A stretch of DNA of 64,000 nucleotides from Flavobacteriales bacterium (GCA_044224725.1 JBGAJW010000021.1:6644-70643), one strand, 5' to 3'; counted from the stretch's first letter, positions 1 to 9,648 are shown. The notes: generated from the letters alone by a model not told the origin. Translations and numbers: made by a program.

Positions 1-584
1 ACTTTCACGCTCGGGTGCTTGTTCACGAACGCGGCGATGGCATCGCTGGCCACCAGCATGATCAGCACCGCGATGATCACCGCCAGCATCATGATGAGTA
101 TCTCGTTGCTCATGCCCACCGCCGTGATCACCGAATCCAGGGAGAACACGATGTCGATGAGGACGATCTGCGTCACGATCATCCAGAAGATCGCCGCCTT
201 CTTCCGGTGCCCTTCCTGCTGGTCCACCAGTTCCACCGTGTCACGCAATTCCTTGCCCGACTTGTACAGGAGATAGAGCCCGCCGAGGATCAACACCATG
301 CCGCGCCCATCGAACACCACCGGACCAAGCGTGAACAGCGGTGCGGTGAGGCGGCTGAGCCAGGTGAGCGTGAGCAGCAGGAGCAGCCGGGTGATCATCG
401 CCAAGGCCAGGCCCGTGCGGCGAGCGCTGCGCTGGCGCTCCTTGGGAAGTTCCCCGCTCAGGATGCTGATGACGATGATGTTGTCGATGCCCAGCACGAT
501 CTCCAGCACCGTGAGTGTGAGCAATTGCACCCACCCGTGGGCGGTGAGGAAGACGGACGGGTCGAGTTGGCTGAGTGAGGGCAT
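1..584 (-). CDS. TerC family integral membrane protein (partial; 3' end lies beyond the window start)
   Basis: Absent from the ORF track because it is open at the window edge. My reverse-strand translation from CAT at 582-584 reads MPSLSQLDPSVFLTAHGWVQLLTLTVLEIVLGIDNIIVISILSGELPKERQRSARRTGLALAMITRLLLL...DIVFSLDSVITAVGMSNEILIMMLAVIIAVLIML. The duplicated LGIDNIIVIS / FSLDSVITAVG motifs are TerC-like. The + ORFs 15..578 and 19..276 are His/Asp-rich shadows. Confidence 0.8.
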   Translation of the reverse strand, partial: MPSLSQLDPSVFLTAHGWVQLLTLTVLEIVLGIDNIIVISILSGELPKERQRSARRTGLALAMITRLLLLLTLTWLSRLTAPLFTLGPVVFDGRGMVLILGGLYLLYKSGKELRDTVELVDQQEGHRKKAAIFWMIVTQIVLIDIVFSLDSVITAVGMSNEILIMMLAVIIAVLIMLVASDAIAAFVNKHPSVK

Positions 585-664
585 GCGCGCCGCGAAGGAA
601 GCGATCCCTTGGGATCAACGCGAAAGGACAAGACACGCTCTCACGTTCACACTATTCTACTTTC

Positions 665-2272
665 TTACCCCTTCACTCTTTTCACCCTTTCTGCAGAGCC
701 CTCCCGTTTGAACACCAGGATCACCGCGTTCCGGTTCACCGGGTTCAGCCAGTGCAATGTGCGGTCCAGCAAGCCGGGCATCGCGCAGCCCACGTATTCC
801 ACCGGACCCATGGCGAGCATCACCCGTTCCAATCGCTCGCGTAGCTGTTCATCCCCTACGAAGAGCACCGTATTGGCCTCCCGGGATGGATCGTCCCGCT
901 CCAGGAACCTTTTCATGTCCATCGAAGGGTCCGTGTAGGGTGATTTCGTCAGGTCCCACACGTCCCAGTAGTACAGCGGGGCCATCGGTGCGTCGTGCTC
1001 CACGGTGTCCTCCACCACGATACCTGTGACGCCCTGCGTGCGGCGGAGCAAGCGCATCGCTTCCAATCGCTCCGATTTGCTGGAACTGATGGTGAGCGGC
1101 ACCAGGAGTGCTGTGTTCAGCGTCCAAGTCCAGATCATCGCTCCTCGCCACAGACCGGCATGTCCTTGCCACCACTTGCTCCGCATCCGCCACTGCTCCC
1201 ACGCTACGTAACCGAGTACGAAGAACAGCGGAAGGATGGGCAGCGCGAATCGCTCCTGCTTGTTCGGGAAGATCGAATGGAAGAAGAGGAAGAGCACCAC
1301 GGGCAACCAGAGCACCAGCGGTTTCGGGCGCTTCGCGAAGCCGAACAGTACCGCCAGGGAGAGCGGAGGAATGATGACTCCCGCCAACAGCAAGAGATAG
1401 TTGTACCAGGGAGACACGATGCCCGTGTTGTCCGGATTGTCCAGGTTGTACCGAACGTATTCGGTCATCTCCACGAAGGGCTTGCCCCAGATCATCAGGT
1501 CGATGCCGCCTTGCAGGATGACGATCGGTGCGATCGCTCCCATACCGAACAGCAAACTGCCAAGCCATTCACGGCGCAGCAACAAGGCGAGGCCTGCACC
1601 TCCAGCGAAGAAGATGGTCTGGAAACGGATGTTGATGGCCAGACCGGCGAAAATTCCAGCGTAGAGCAAGTAGGCAGGAGCAGGTGCAGTAGGCAGTTGG
1701 GGTGGGTTGCCGCCAACTGCCAAAGGCGAACTGCCAACTGGCCTTCTCTCCGACCCTCTCAGCAACCACCAGGCACTGAGCATCAAAAGCGGAGCACTCA
1801 CCATTTCCACCAGATTGCGCACGCTGAGGAAGGGCATGAAGAAGAACAGCGCAAGGAAGAGTCCCGTGCGCCAAGCGATGCGCGGGTCATCGCTCAAGCG
1901 CAAGGCGATGCGGTAGCCCACGCGTACGGTGATCAGGCTCCACGCGGCGTGCAACAGGCGCACCAGTACCATCTTCCGGTCGGGGTCCTGCAGGTCCATC
2001 CAGTTCCACACCGAGAAAAGCAGGTAGTGGATGCCCGGATACACCATCATGTGCCCAGTAGGGTGGGGGATGCCCGGTTGGTTCCACGGCAGCCAATCGT
2101 TGTAGTCGAAACCCCGCACCCAGCTCATGGCCGCTTCGATCACCAGGAAATGATCGTCCTGCGCGAAATAGCCCTCGCTGAAAATGGCCGCCACGGCGCG
2201 CGGGAACGCTGCGATGAAGGTGAGCCACGCCAGCGGATAGCGCTGCATGGAGGCGGCAAGGCGCGGAAGCAT
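665..2272 (-). CDS. Polytopic GT-C type membrane glycosyltransferase (GT22/Alg9-like mannosyltransferase family, tentative)
   Basis: C-terminal 535 codons of ORF 665..2878. Start set at MLPRLAASMQRYPLAWLTFIAAF (CAT 2270-2272; alternative 2248). About 10 hydrophobic segments. An N-terminal EGYFAQDDHFLVIEAA motif resembles the acidic loop motif of GT22/PMT_2 enzymes. The upstream 200 codons of the listed ORF are Arg/Gly/Pro junk. Confidence 0.65.
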   Translation of the reverse strand: MLPRLAASMQRYPLAWLTFIAAFPRAVAAIFSEGYFAQDDHFLVIEAAMSWVRGFDYNDWLPWNQPGIPHPTGHMMVYPGIHYLLFSVWNWMDLQDPDRKMVLVRLLHAAWSLITVRVGYRIALRLSDDPRIAWRTGLFLALFFFMPFLSVRNLVEMVSAPLLMLSAWWLLRGSERRPVGSSPLAVGGNPPQLPTAPAPAYLLYAGIFAGLAINIRFQTIFFAGGAGLALLLRREWLGSLLFGMGAIAPIVILQGGIDLMIWGKPFVEMTEYVRYNLDNPDNTGIVSPWYNYLLLLAGVIIPPLSLAVLFGFAKRPKPLVLWLPVVLFLFFHSIFPNKQERFALPILPLFFVLGYVAWEQWRMRSKWWQGHAGLWRGAMIWTWTLNTALLVPLTISSSKSERLEAMRLLRRTQGVTGIVVEDTVEHDAPMAPLYYWDVWDLTKSPYTDPSMDMKRFLERDDPSREANTVLFVGDEQLRERLERVMLAMGPVEYVGCAMPGLLDRTLHWLNPVNRNAVILVFKREGSAERVKRVKG

Positions 2273-2440
2273 GCGGGGGAAAAGTAGGGGCAGTCCGCGC
2301 TTTGAAGGGCGAACCCGATCGGTGAGGACGAACAAGAAGCGCCCTGTCGAGGACGCCGGACCGGTCGCGGGGAGCTGACCTTCCGGCCCGGATGGTGCGG
2401 AAGGTGGATCCGATACCTTCGATCCCCTTTCGGAAAGCGC

Positions 2441-5400
2441 GTGCGTTCCTGTCTCCTGATCTGTGTCCTTTGGTCGTTGCCGTTCGGCGCGCACCTGCGT
2501 GCACAGACACCGCTCGTGCTCTTGACCGACGCCCCGGACCTCGCTTCCAGCGTCGCCCAATTGGACCGCGTCCGCGCGGCGGGGATGGATGTGCGCGTGA
2601 TCGCCGGACCAGGGGCGTATTTCGGCACTATCAGTGATGTACGTCATTCCGCGAACCCGCTTTTCCCACTGGGGTCGGTCCGTTTCCAAGGAGGGAGCCC
2701 CGATCGCGAGGAACTCCGCGGAGCGCACCGGCTGGCCGTGGACTACTTGGAAGCGCTGGCGGCGGGCCGATTCGAACCTCCCAGCTCGCGTGAACCCATG
2801 GATTGGAGCGGGCACCCGGACCACCAGCTTTCCCGCTCGGAACATGACGGGCACGCATCGGGCGCCCGCGATGCCCATACAGCGCCGGACTGGACCTGCT
2901 CCACCGGATACAACAGCGAGTACATGGCCGGCACCGTTTGCGTGAGCGCCTTCTTCGTGGAAAGCAACGGGGCCACGGATCCGAACCTCTATACCTGGTC
3001 CGCTGCGGCCATCACCGATGTGAAGATGCAGGTGATGGACGCTTGGAGCATCTGGAGCTACACCGCTTCACTGTACGGCAACACGGTGACCGCTGTGATG
3101 GACTTCTACGACCAGTCGAGCACCATTGCCACACAACCTTACGAGCCCGTTACCCGGTCCAGCGCGCAGGACAACCTGTGGATCGGGGCCATCATGCAGA
3201 ACGCGGGCTTCACCGGGACGGACCATTTCGCGCAGTGCGACGCGTTCAATGCTTCGCGCAGGGCCGCACTCGCCACGGACAATGCCTATTGCGCCTTCAT
3301 CGCCTACAACCCTCCCGCACAGTCGGCGCCGACGCAGTTCACCAATGGCCGCATCGGCTACGGGTATCTCGGCGGTCCCTACCTGCAGGTCCTCTACAAG
3401 GCGAATGGGTGGGGTACGGATCAGATCAATCGCGTCTTCGGCCATGAGACCGGTCACATCTTCCATGCGTTCGATGAGTACGCCTCAAGCGGTTCCTCCA
3501 ATTGCTCGCGTTGGTTCAACGGTCGGCAGAACAGCAATTTCCAAGGGTCCTCCTGTGCTGGTACCGGTACGTGCGTCATGGTGAACAACTCCTTCTCGGG
3601 TTCCGGTGCCACGCGCCGCTGGGAACTCTGTCCGCATACGCCCTACCATCTGGGCTGGAACGGACGGCTTGCACCGCCCACGCTCATCCTGCCGATCAAC
3701 GATGTGACGTTGAGCGCGCAACCGGTGAAGTTGAAATGGAACCGCAATGGCGCACCCGTTTCCGCATACGGCTACCTGAAGATCTTCAACCGGACCAGTG
3801 GCGCGCTCGTGTACTGCGGATTCACCGGCCAGCAAGATTCCACCGCACTGAACCTGGTGAACGGCCCGTATGAATGGACCATCAGCCAGGGCAATACCAA
3901 TGATGGCAGCGGCTACGCTGGCGTGATCAGCGCCATCGGTCAGTTCACCGTCAACTCGCCCTTGAACGCGTCGTTCACCTTCGCTCCGGCCACCGTGTGC
4001 GCGGGGTCGCTCGTCCCGTTCACGAATACGAGTACCGGAGCACCGGTACAGTGGACATGGAGCTTTCCCGGCGGGCAACCATCGGCCTTCATCGGTGCCG
4101 TGCCGCCGAGCATCCTGTATCCATCGCCCGGCTACTATGGCGTTTCGCTCACGGTGAACGACGGCATCTCCACCCACACGACCACGTTGAACAACGCGAT
4201 CACCGTAACGGGCGGAGCTTCATTGCCATTCGCGCAGGACTTCAACGGAGGGAGTTTCCCCCCCAGCGGTTGGACGATCACCGGGGGCGAAGGACAGGGG
4301 CAAGGACTGGTCTGGAGCGCTGACGCCGTGGCCGGTTGTGATGCGCAGACCATCGCCTTCGTGAACGCGTATTCCTTCCAAGGACAATCCGGCGGACCGC
4401 AACTCGGTACTCCGCGCATCGACCTGACCACGGCCAACATGCCCTACCTGCGCTTCCGTTATAGTTATGCGCAGGAAACCTCATCGAATACCGAGACTTT
4501 CCAGGTCTATGGGCATGACTGCGGCTACGGCGTGTACAGCACCTTCTTCAACAAGACCGGAGCGGACCTCGCGACGAATGGTGGGGCTTACGTCTCGGGC
4601 CAGGGCTGGGCACCTGCCACCTGTGCCCATTGGCGGGAGATGACGCTGCCTGTGGATCCGCTCGCCGGGCGCATCGGCCAGTTCTGGTTCTATGTCTTCA
4701 GCACGGGCGGGCAGAACCTATTCGTGGACAAGGTCAGCGTCTTCAACGGTGTGCGATTGCCCGTGCGCGTGTTGCTGCAAGGACCTTGGAATACGGGGAT
4801 GCAACTGATGAACGACGCGGTGCGGGAACAGGGCCTCGTTCCGATACAAGAGCCTTATTCCGCTGGTGGCTACAGCTACGTGGACGAAGGAGGCAGCCAT
4901 ACCGTGAACCCTGCCGTGCTCACCATCACGGGATCGAACGCCATCGTGGATTGGGCCATACTCGAATTGCGTGACCCCGCTGATGCCACGAGGGTCGTCT
5001 GCTCCCGCCCCGTGCTCCTGCAGCGTGACGGTGATGTGGTGGACTACGACGGCGGCCAAGCCCCGCGCATGGCGGCACCGACGGGCAATTATTTCGTGGC
5101 GGTCAAGCACCGCAACCACCTCGGCGTGATGAGCGCTGCACCCGTGGCCATCGCCAACGGCATGAACACGCTCGACTTCAGCGCGCCCTCCACCTTGACG
5201 TGGGGGACCGAGGCGCGTGCGATCTCCGGAACCAAGGCACTGCTCTGGACCGGCGACACCAATGGGAACGCGGTGGTGAAGTACACGGGTTCCGGCAATG
5301 ACCGGGACCCGATCCTGCAGGCCATCGGGAGCACCACGCCGAACAACTTCGTGAACGGATACCGCCGTGAGGACTGCACCTTGGACGGCGTGGTGCGCTA

Positions 5401-5488
5401 CAGTGGTTCCGGCAACGATCGCGACCCCATCCTGGTGAACGTGGGCAGCACCACGCCCAACAACCAGCGCACGCAGCAGATACCCTGA
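2441..5488 (+). CDS. Large secreted zinc metallopeptidase (HExxH..DEY, M64-like, tentative) with PKD domain and C-terminal tandem Ca-binding/dockerin-like repeats
   Basis: Signal peptide MRSCLLICVLWSLPFGAHLRAQ. Zinc site VFGHETGHIFHAFDEYASSG. PKD-like segment FTFAPATVCAGSLVPFTNTSTGAPVQWTWSFPGG...YYGVSLTVNDG. Two C-terminal repeats of VV(K/R)Y(T/S)GSGNDRDPIL..GSTTPNN. No T9SS CTD recognised. Confidence 0.8.
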   Translation: MRSCLLICVLWSLPFGAHLRAQTPLVLLTDAPDLASSVAQLDRVRAAGMDVRVIAGPGAYFGTISDVRHSANPLFPLGSVRFQGGSPDREELRGAHRLAVDYLEALAAGRFEPPSSREPMDWSGHPDHQLSRSEHDGHASGARDAHTAPDWTCSTGYNSEYMAGTVCVSAFFVESNGATDPNLYTWSAAAITDVKMQVMDAWSIWSYTASLYGNTVTAVMDFYDQSSTIATQPYEPVTRSSAQDNLWIGAIMQNAGFTGTDHFAQCDAFNASRRAALATDNAYCAFIAYNPPAQSAPTQFTNGRIGYGYLGGPYLQVLYKANGWGTDQINRVFGHETGHIFHAFDEYASSGSSNCSRWFNGRQNSNFQGSSCAGTGTCVMVNNSFSGSGATRRWELCPHTPYHLGWNGRLAPPTLILPINDVTLSAQPVKLKWNRNGAPVSAYGYLKIFNRTSGALVYCGFTGQQDSTALNLVNGPYEWTISQGNTNDGSGYAGVISAIGQFTVNSPLNASFTFAPATVCAGSLVPFTNTSTGAPVQWTWSFPGGQPSAFIGAVPPSILYPSPGYYGVSLTVNDGISTHTTTLNNAITVTGGASLPFAQDFNGGSFPPSGWTITGGEGQGQGLVWSADAVAGCDAQTIAFVNAYSFQGQSGGPQLGTPRIDLTTANMPYLRFRYSYAQETSSNTETFQVYGHDCGYGVYSTFFNKTGADLATNGGAYVSGQGWAPATCAHWREMTLPVDPLAGRIGQFWFYVFSTGGQNLFVDKVSVFNGVRLPVRVLLQGPWNTGMQLMNDAVREQGLVPIQEPYSAGGYSYVDEGGSHTVNPAVLTITGSNAIVDWAILELRDPADATRVVCSRPVLLQRDGDVVDYDGGQAPRMAAPTGNYFVAVKHRNHLGVMSAAPVAIANGMNTLDFSAPSTLTWGTEARAISGTKALLWTGDTNGNAVVKYTGSGNDRDPILQAIGSTTPNNFVNGYRREDCTLDGVVRYSGSGNDRDPILVNVGSTTPNNQRTQQIP

Positions 5489-6120
5489 TGTGGTCCGCTT
5501 GGCGCAGCGCTTGGCGCGAACCTTCCTTCCGCTGGGCCTTGCTCAGCGCGGCGGTGGCCGCATTCCCCATCGCCTTGGGGCTGCCAGTCTTCTTCGACCA
5601 TATCGGCGCGAAGCCGGGGATCCATCCCCCCGATCCGTTGCTGGCTGCCATCGGGCCTTTGGATGTTACGTGGCTGACGTTCACTGTCCTGTACGGGGGC
5701 ATCGTCCTGGCCGTGGTGTTGGCCGCCCGCGATCCCTACCTGATCGTGCGCGGGCTTCATGCGTACGCCCTGCTCCAACTGCTGCGTGTGTTCGCTATGG
5801 AATTCTGCACGTTCGAGCCACCGCCGGACATCATCCCGTTGATCGATCCGATCACTGCTTCGTTCTACCCCGGTGGCGTGCCGTTCCTGAAAGACCTTTT
5901 TTTCAGTGGGCACACGGCCACACTCGCGCTGATGGTCTTCATCTCGCGGGGCGAACGGTTACGTGTGGCGATGGTCGTAGCAACGATCGCGGTGGGTGCG
6001 CTCGTGCTCGTGCAGCATGTGCACTGGACGGTGGATGTGCTCGCCGCGCCTGTCTTCGTCTGGCTCGCTTGGCGGGCCAGCGCGCTCAGTTTGCGGCTTT
6101 GCGGCGTGGCAACCGCTTGA
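5488..6120 (+). CDS. PAP2_C / sphingomyelin-synthase-like membrane phosphotransferase
   Basis: About 6 TM segments. Motif FFSGHTATLALMVF...LVQHVHWTVDVLAAP (SGH ... H..D of PAP2-type lipid phosphatase/phosphotransferases). The ATG overlaps the upstream stop (cccTGATGtgg at 5486-5490). Confidence 0.75.
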   Translation: MWSAWRSAWREPSFRWALLSAAVAAFPIALGLPVFFDHIGAKPGIHPPDPLLAAIGPLDVTWLTFTVLYGGIVLAVVLAARDPYLIVRGLHAYALLQLLRVFAMEFCTFEPPPDIIPLIDPITASFYPGGVPFLKDLFFSGHTATLALMVFISRGERLRVAMVVATIAVGALVLVQHVHWTVDVLAAPVFVWLAWRASALSLRLCGVATA

Positions 6121-6895
6121 GGTAGATACCACTGGCCGTGCCCTCGTTCACGCTCATGGGCATGATGGTCTGCACAGCGGCTGTGATCCTGTTCAGCAGC
6201 CCCGGCACCACTTCCGGTTTTCCCTTCAGCATGGCGGCCACGGCACTTATGGCCACAGGCTCTGGCGGCGTTCCGAACTTCTTCGCGAGATCGTCCATGG
6301 CCTGCATGCCCGCACGGGCGGTGAACCCCGTGATCACACTCCCGGGGCAAACGGCCGTAACGGAAACACCGGTGCCCTTCAGTTCGATGCGCAGCGAACG
6401 GCTCCAGCGCAGGATGAAGGCCTTGCTCGCAGCATAGAGCGCCATACTGGCCAACGCGTGGTAGGCCGTCATGCTGCTCGTATTCAAGATATACGCGCGC
6501 TTCGACTTCTTCAGGTCGGGCAGCAAGGCATGGGTGAGCGCCACCGGCACGTCCATGTTCAAGCGCATCAACTTGCGGTGCTCCTCCATAGGCTCATCGC
6601 CGAAGAGGCCCCAATGCGCATGGCCCGCATTGTTCACCAAGCAGGTGAGGGGCAGGTTCTTCTCGCGGATGAAACGGATCACCCGGTCCGGACCGTCCGC
6701 TTCCAGGAGATCGACCACCAGGGCATGTGCGCGGCCGCCGTTCAATGCGCCCGCCTTGGCGCACACTTCGCGCAGCGCATCCGCCGATCGTGCCGTTACG
6801 ACCACCCCGAATCCTTTCCGGGCCAGTTCCAGCGCGATAGCCGCGCCGATGCCCTGGCTGCCTCCAGTGATGAGCGCGTAGCCCTGTTCGGTCAT
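6086..6895 (-). CDS. SDR family oxidoreductase
   Basis: Start at MTEQGYALITGGSQGIGAAIALELARKG (CAT 6893-6895). TGxxxGIG cofactor motif, NNAG, catalytic YAASK. Its 3' end overlaps the convergent PAP2 gene by 35 bp. Confidence 0.85.
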   Translation of the reverse strand: MTEQGYALITGGSQGIGAAIALELARKGFGVVVTARSADALREVCAKAGALNGGRAHALVVDLLEADGPDRVIRFIREKNLPLTCLVNNAGHAHWGLFGDEPMEEHRKLMRLNMDVPVALTHALLPDLKKSKRAYILNTSSMTAYHALASMALYAASKAFILRWSRSLRIELKGTGVSVTAVCPGSVITGFTARAGMQAMDDLAKKFGTPPEPVAISAVAAMLKGKPEVVPGLLNRITAAVQTIMPMSVNEGTASGIYLKRLPRRKAAN

Positions 6896-7023
6896 TGGTG
6901 TCGGTTCTTGGTTGATGGTCGTTCGTTGCTGGTGCGCAGGAAAAGCGCATCCGGTGGTCAATGATCACAAACAACCATCAACCAACAACCAGTAACGCGA
7001 AGAAGATCGTGCGGGTCGGCCGA

Positions 7024-7833
7024 TCACTTCACCAAATGGCTGAAGCGATGGTAGAACGGGGTAGGGCTGTCGGCCCGCTTGGGTGAATAGCTGCCCGCGA
7101 TGATGGGGATGTACATCACGCGGCGACGGCTGGCTTCACCGGTCAATTTGCTGCGTTCCACACGGTGCCAGCAGCGGCCATCATGTATGGTGAGGTCCCC
7201 GGCCTTGATCTCGAACGCCACTTCGCGTTCATCCGGGTCGTTGTTCAGGAAATTCGTCTTCCGGAACAGCATGTTCCACAGGTTCTGCTCGTGCGTGCCG
7301 GGGAGAATACGGAGCCCACCGTTGCGGGGGTTCTGATCGTCCAAGTGGATGCCCACATTGAGCATCGGCAGGATCCTCTTGCCCAGGAAGATGTCGCGCA
7401 CGCTGTCCGTGTGCCAGCCCATTTGGGTGAACTTGCTGGCGTCCGTGTTCACATAGTGGTTCACCACCAGGCCATCTTTCTCATTGATGCCCAAACGTGC
7501 GTGCGGTCCCACCAGGCCCAACAGGATATCGAAGCGGGGGTCCCGCAGGAATTCCGCCAGCACAGGGCTGTGCTGGTTGGCGAAGGCGAAGCGCTGAACG
7601 ATGCGCTTGCCGTCCACATCGTTGCCCCATTTCACGGGGATGCCGTTCACGAGTTTCTTGTCTTCCGCGATCCACTGCGCCTGCACCTCCTCGCAGGCTT
7701 TCCAAATGGCAGCCACGGTTTCCCGGCTGATGAAGCCTGGGAAATGGATGATGCCGTTCTTCTTGAAGAACTGCTTCTGGTCGGGCGTCAACTTGTCGCC
7801 GAGGGGAGTGCTTGCTTCAACGATCCTTGCCAC
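7024..7833 (-). CDS. Phytanoyl-CoA dioxygenase (PhyH) family Fe(II)/2-oxoglutarate oxygenase
   Basis: 269 aa. GWHTDS (HxD facial-triad part) and distal GRCWHRVERS. Overall PhyH-like layout. Confidence 0.85.
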   Translation of the reverse strand: MARIVEASTPLGDKLTPDQKQFFKKNGIIHFPGFISRETVAAIWKACEEVQAQWIAEDKKLVNGIPVKWGNDVDGKRIVQRFAFANQHSPVLAEFLRDPRFDILLGLVGPHARLGINEKDGLVVNHYVNTDASKFTQMGWHTDSVRDIFLGKRILPMLNVGIHLDDQNPRNGGLRILPGTHEQNLWNMLFRKTNFLNNDPDEREVAFEIKAGDLTIHDGRCWHRVERSKLTGEASRRRVMYIPIIAGSYSPKRADSPTPFYHRFSHLVK

Positions 7834-7969
7834 CGGTGGTTGGTTTGAGCCGGGCGAAAGTAATTCACGCCCCCGTTACACCCTGTTAACAGTTCCAAGC
7901 GGCTTGTCCACAGGTGGTTGTGGTGAAAATGATCGCGATCCTGTGACGGTTTGGGATCAACCACCGCCC

Positions 7970-8212
7970 TCAATGCTGCTTGGTGATGGCGATGTAAGCG
8001 AACAACAAGAAGGGGACACATAGGGCCAGCAGCAACACGTGGCGCGCAGGCATGACCGCTACCGCTGCAGCCGTGGCGAACAGAGCGAACACGAAGAGCA
8101 CTGCCTTGTGGATGTTGGACGGCTTGTGGTAGTCAAGGAAGATCAGGAACGCAGGAAGGGTAGCGACGCTGAGCCAGCTGAGCAGCGCTATGGCGAGTTC
8201 TTCCTTGAACAT
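7970..8212 (-). CDS. Small hypothetical membrane protein (3 predicted TM segments)
   Basis: 80-aa ORF with third-codon-position GC near 80% when read by hand. Hydrophobic segments. Sits 7 nt downstream of the TIGR02117-like gene on the same strand. Confidence 0.5.
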   Translation of the reverse strand: MFKEELAIALLSWLSVATLPAFLIFLDYHKPSNIHKAVLFVFALFATAAAVAVMPARHVLLLALCVPFLLFAYIAITKQH

Positions 8213-8218
8213 GGAACA

Positions 8219-8896
8219 CTACCTGTACTGCCGCAAAATACCTCGGGCTGTGGCGGTCCAAGCGGCGGCCGGCAGCCCGCTGTCCTTCAACACACTGTTC
8301 GCCCATGTGTTGCAGGTGAAGAACAGCCCATAGCGCCCGGTACCTTCATAGAACGCATCGTTCTGCTCATAGTACCGGTCGGCGATCCACTGGGGCATGT
8401 TGTCCGTGCTGCGTACGAATCCTTCTTCCACGCGCTCGGTCAACTTTTTCAAGGTAGCTGCATCCACCCGCACTGAGAGGCAGCGCTCGTCCAATGGGGG
8501 CGTGTTGCAGAAGGTGACGTGCATGGCAGAACCGCTCAGGCCGAACGCGGCCTTCAACGCCGTGCTCGCTTTCAGGTCCGCCCATTCCTTCGTCTCCAAG
8601 TAGAAGCCCTTGTCCCCCCAGCCGAAGGCCACATGGGTGAAGGCGCTATCGTCGGATACGGTGTTGGCGAACGGCAACTCGGTCGACCAGTCCTTCACCG
8701 CACTGCGCAACGGGAGAATGACATCCGTGTGGACCCCATTGCTGCGGAGGTAGACCGACTCACCGGTCGAGGGTTCCACATAGCCCGCGTTCACCGCGAT
8801 CATCGGCAGGGTCCATATGGCCAGCGCGTATGTGGCGGTGAAGACCAGGAGGGCGAGCGTTGCTTTGCTCAGGATCCGGAAGAGCTTGCGGAGCAT
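8219..8896 (-). CDS. TIGR02117/DUF2459-like conserved hypothetical protein
   Basis: Start at MLRKLFRILSKATLALLVFTATYALAIW (CAT 8894-8896; membrane anchor). SNGVHTDVILPL and FGWGDKGFY motifs are typical of this family. Confidence 0.7.
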   Translation of the reverse strand: MLRKLFRILSKATLALLVFTATYALAIWTLPMIAVNAGYVEPSTGESVYLRSNGVHTDVILPLRSAVKDWSTELPFANTVSDDSAFTHVAFGWGDKGFYLETKEWADLKASTALKAAFGLSGSAMHVTFCNTPPLDERCLSVRVDAATLKKLTERVEEGFVRSTDNMPQWIADRYYEQNDAFYEGTGRYGLFFTCNTWANSVLKDSGLPAAAWTATARGILRQYR

Positions 8897-9009
8897 CGTT
8901 CTGGCAAGAGTAGGAAGTGGAAGCGCCTGTATGCGGGCCTGACCAAGGAGACCAGCGTGTACAACCCGCAGGCAACAGGCATTTAACTTCGCGCCCCGAA
9001 AACGCACCC

Positions 9010-9525
9010 ATGAAGACCCGTATTCTCCTCTTCGGCACCGCCGCCACTTTGCTTGCCGCCTGTTCCAGTCCAGCCGTTGAAAGCCAGGGCGAAGCCAAGG
9101 ACACCACCGCCACTTCTCAGACCGCCCCTGCGATGAAGTACTTCGGTGACACCATCACCGCCGATGGCGCCCTCGCGATAGCCGACTTCGTGAACGCCAC
9201 CGCGGGCAAGGATTCCCTCGACGCGAAGGTCGATTGCGAGATCATCACCAGCTGCCAGAAGAAAGGCTGCTGGATGACCGTGAAGATGCCCAACGGGGAG
9301 CCGATGCGCGTGAGCTTCAAGGACTATGGATTCTTCGTGCCCACGGAAGGCCTCGAAGGCAAAAAGGCGATCATCCAAGGGCATGCTGTGAAGGAGGTCA
9401 CGGACGTGGCCGCCTTGAAACACTACGCCGAGGATGCCGGAAAGAGCCCCGAGGAGATCGCCAAGATCACCGAGCCGGAGACCAGTTGGAGCTTCACCGC
9501 TGATGGCGTGATCATCCGGGATTGA
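9010..9525 (+). CDS. DUF4920-like lipoprotein
   Basis: Start MKTRILLFGTAATLLAAC (lipobox LAAC). CQKKGCWMTVKMPNGEPMRVSFKDYGFFVP resembles the DUF4920 core. Confidence 0.75.
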   Translation: MKTRILLFGTAATLLAACSSPAVESQGEAKDTTATSQTAPAMKYFGDTITADGALAIADFVNATAGKDSLDAKVDCEIITSCQKKGCWMTVKMPNGEPMRVSFKDYGFFVPTEGLEGKKAIIQGHAVKEVTDVAALKHYAEDAGKSPEEIAKITEPETSWSFTADGVIIRD

Positions 9526-9543
9526 GCCTTTTATCCGTTGAAC

Positions 9544-9576
9544 GGGCCGTCCGCTGCGCGGGCGGCCCTTTTTTTT
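9544..9576 (+). terminator. Rho-independent terminator downstream of the DUF4920 gene
   Basis: GGGCCGTCCG (9544-9553) pairs with CGGGCGGCCC (9559-9568), with one G-T wobble and a 5-nt loop. Eight T residues follow at 9569-9576. Confidence 0.65.
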
Positions 9577-9648
9577 GCGTGGCACCGCTCGGTTCACCAA
9601 GGGCTCCGGCCGCTTCTACATTCGCCCCGCATTATTATCCAGCGCATC

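Noticed and set aside
995-2287. 430-aa plus-strand ORF, plus the + ORFs 15..578 and 19..276
   Set aside because: They are antisense to the glycosyltransferase and TerC genes respectively. Their His/Arg/Glu-rich composition marks them as non-coding shadows.
2273-2878. N-terminal 200 codons of track ORF 665..2878
   Set aside because: The composition is Arg/Gly/Pro/Ser-rich. The extension overlaps the divergent metallopeptidase gene start. A proper hydrophobic N-terminus begins at 2272.
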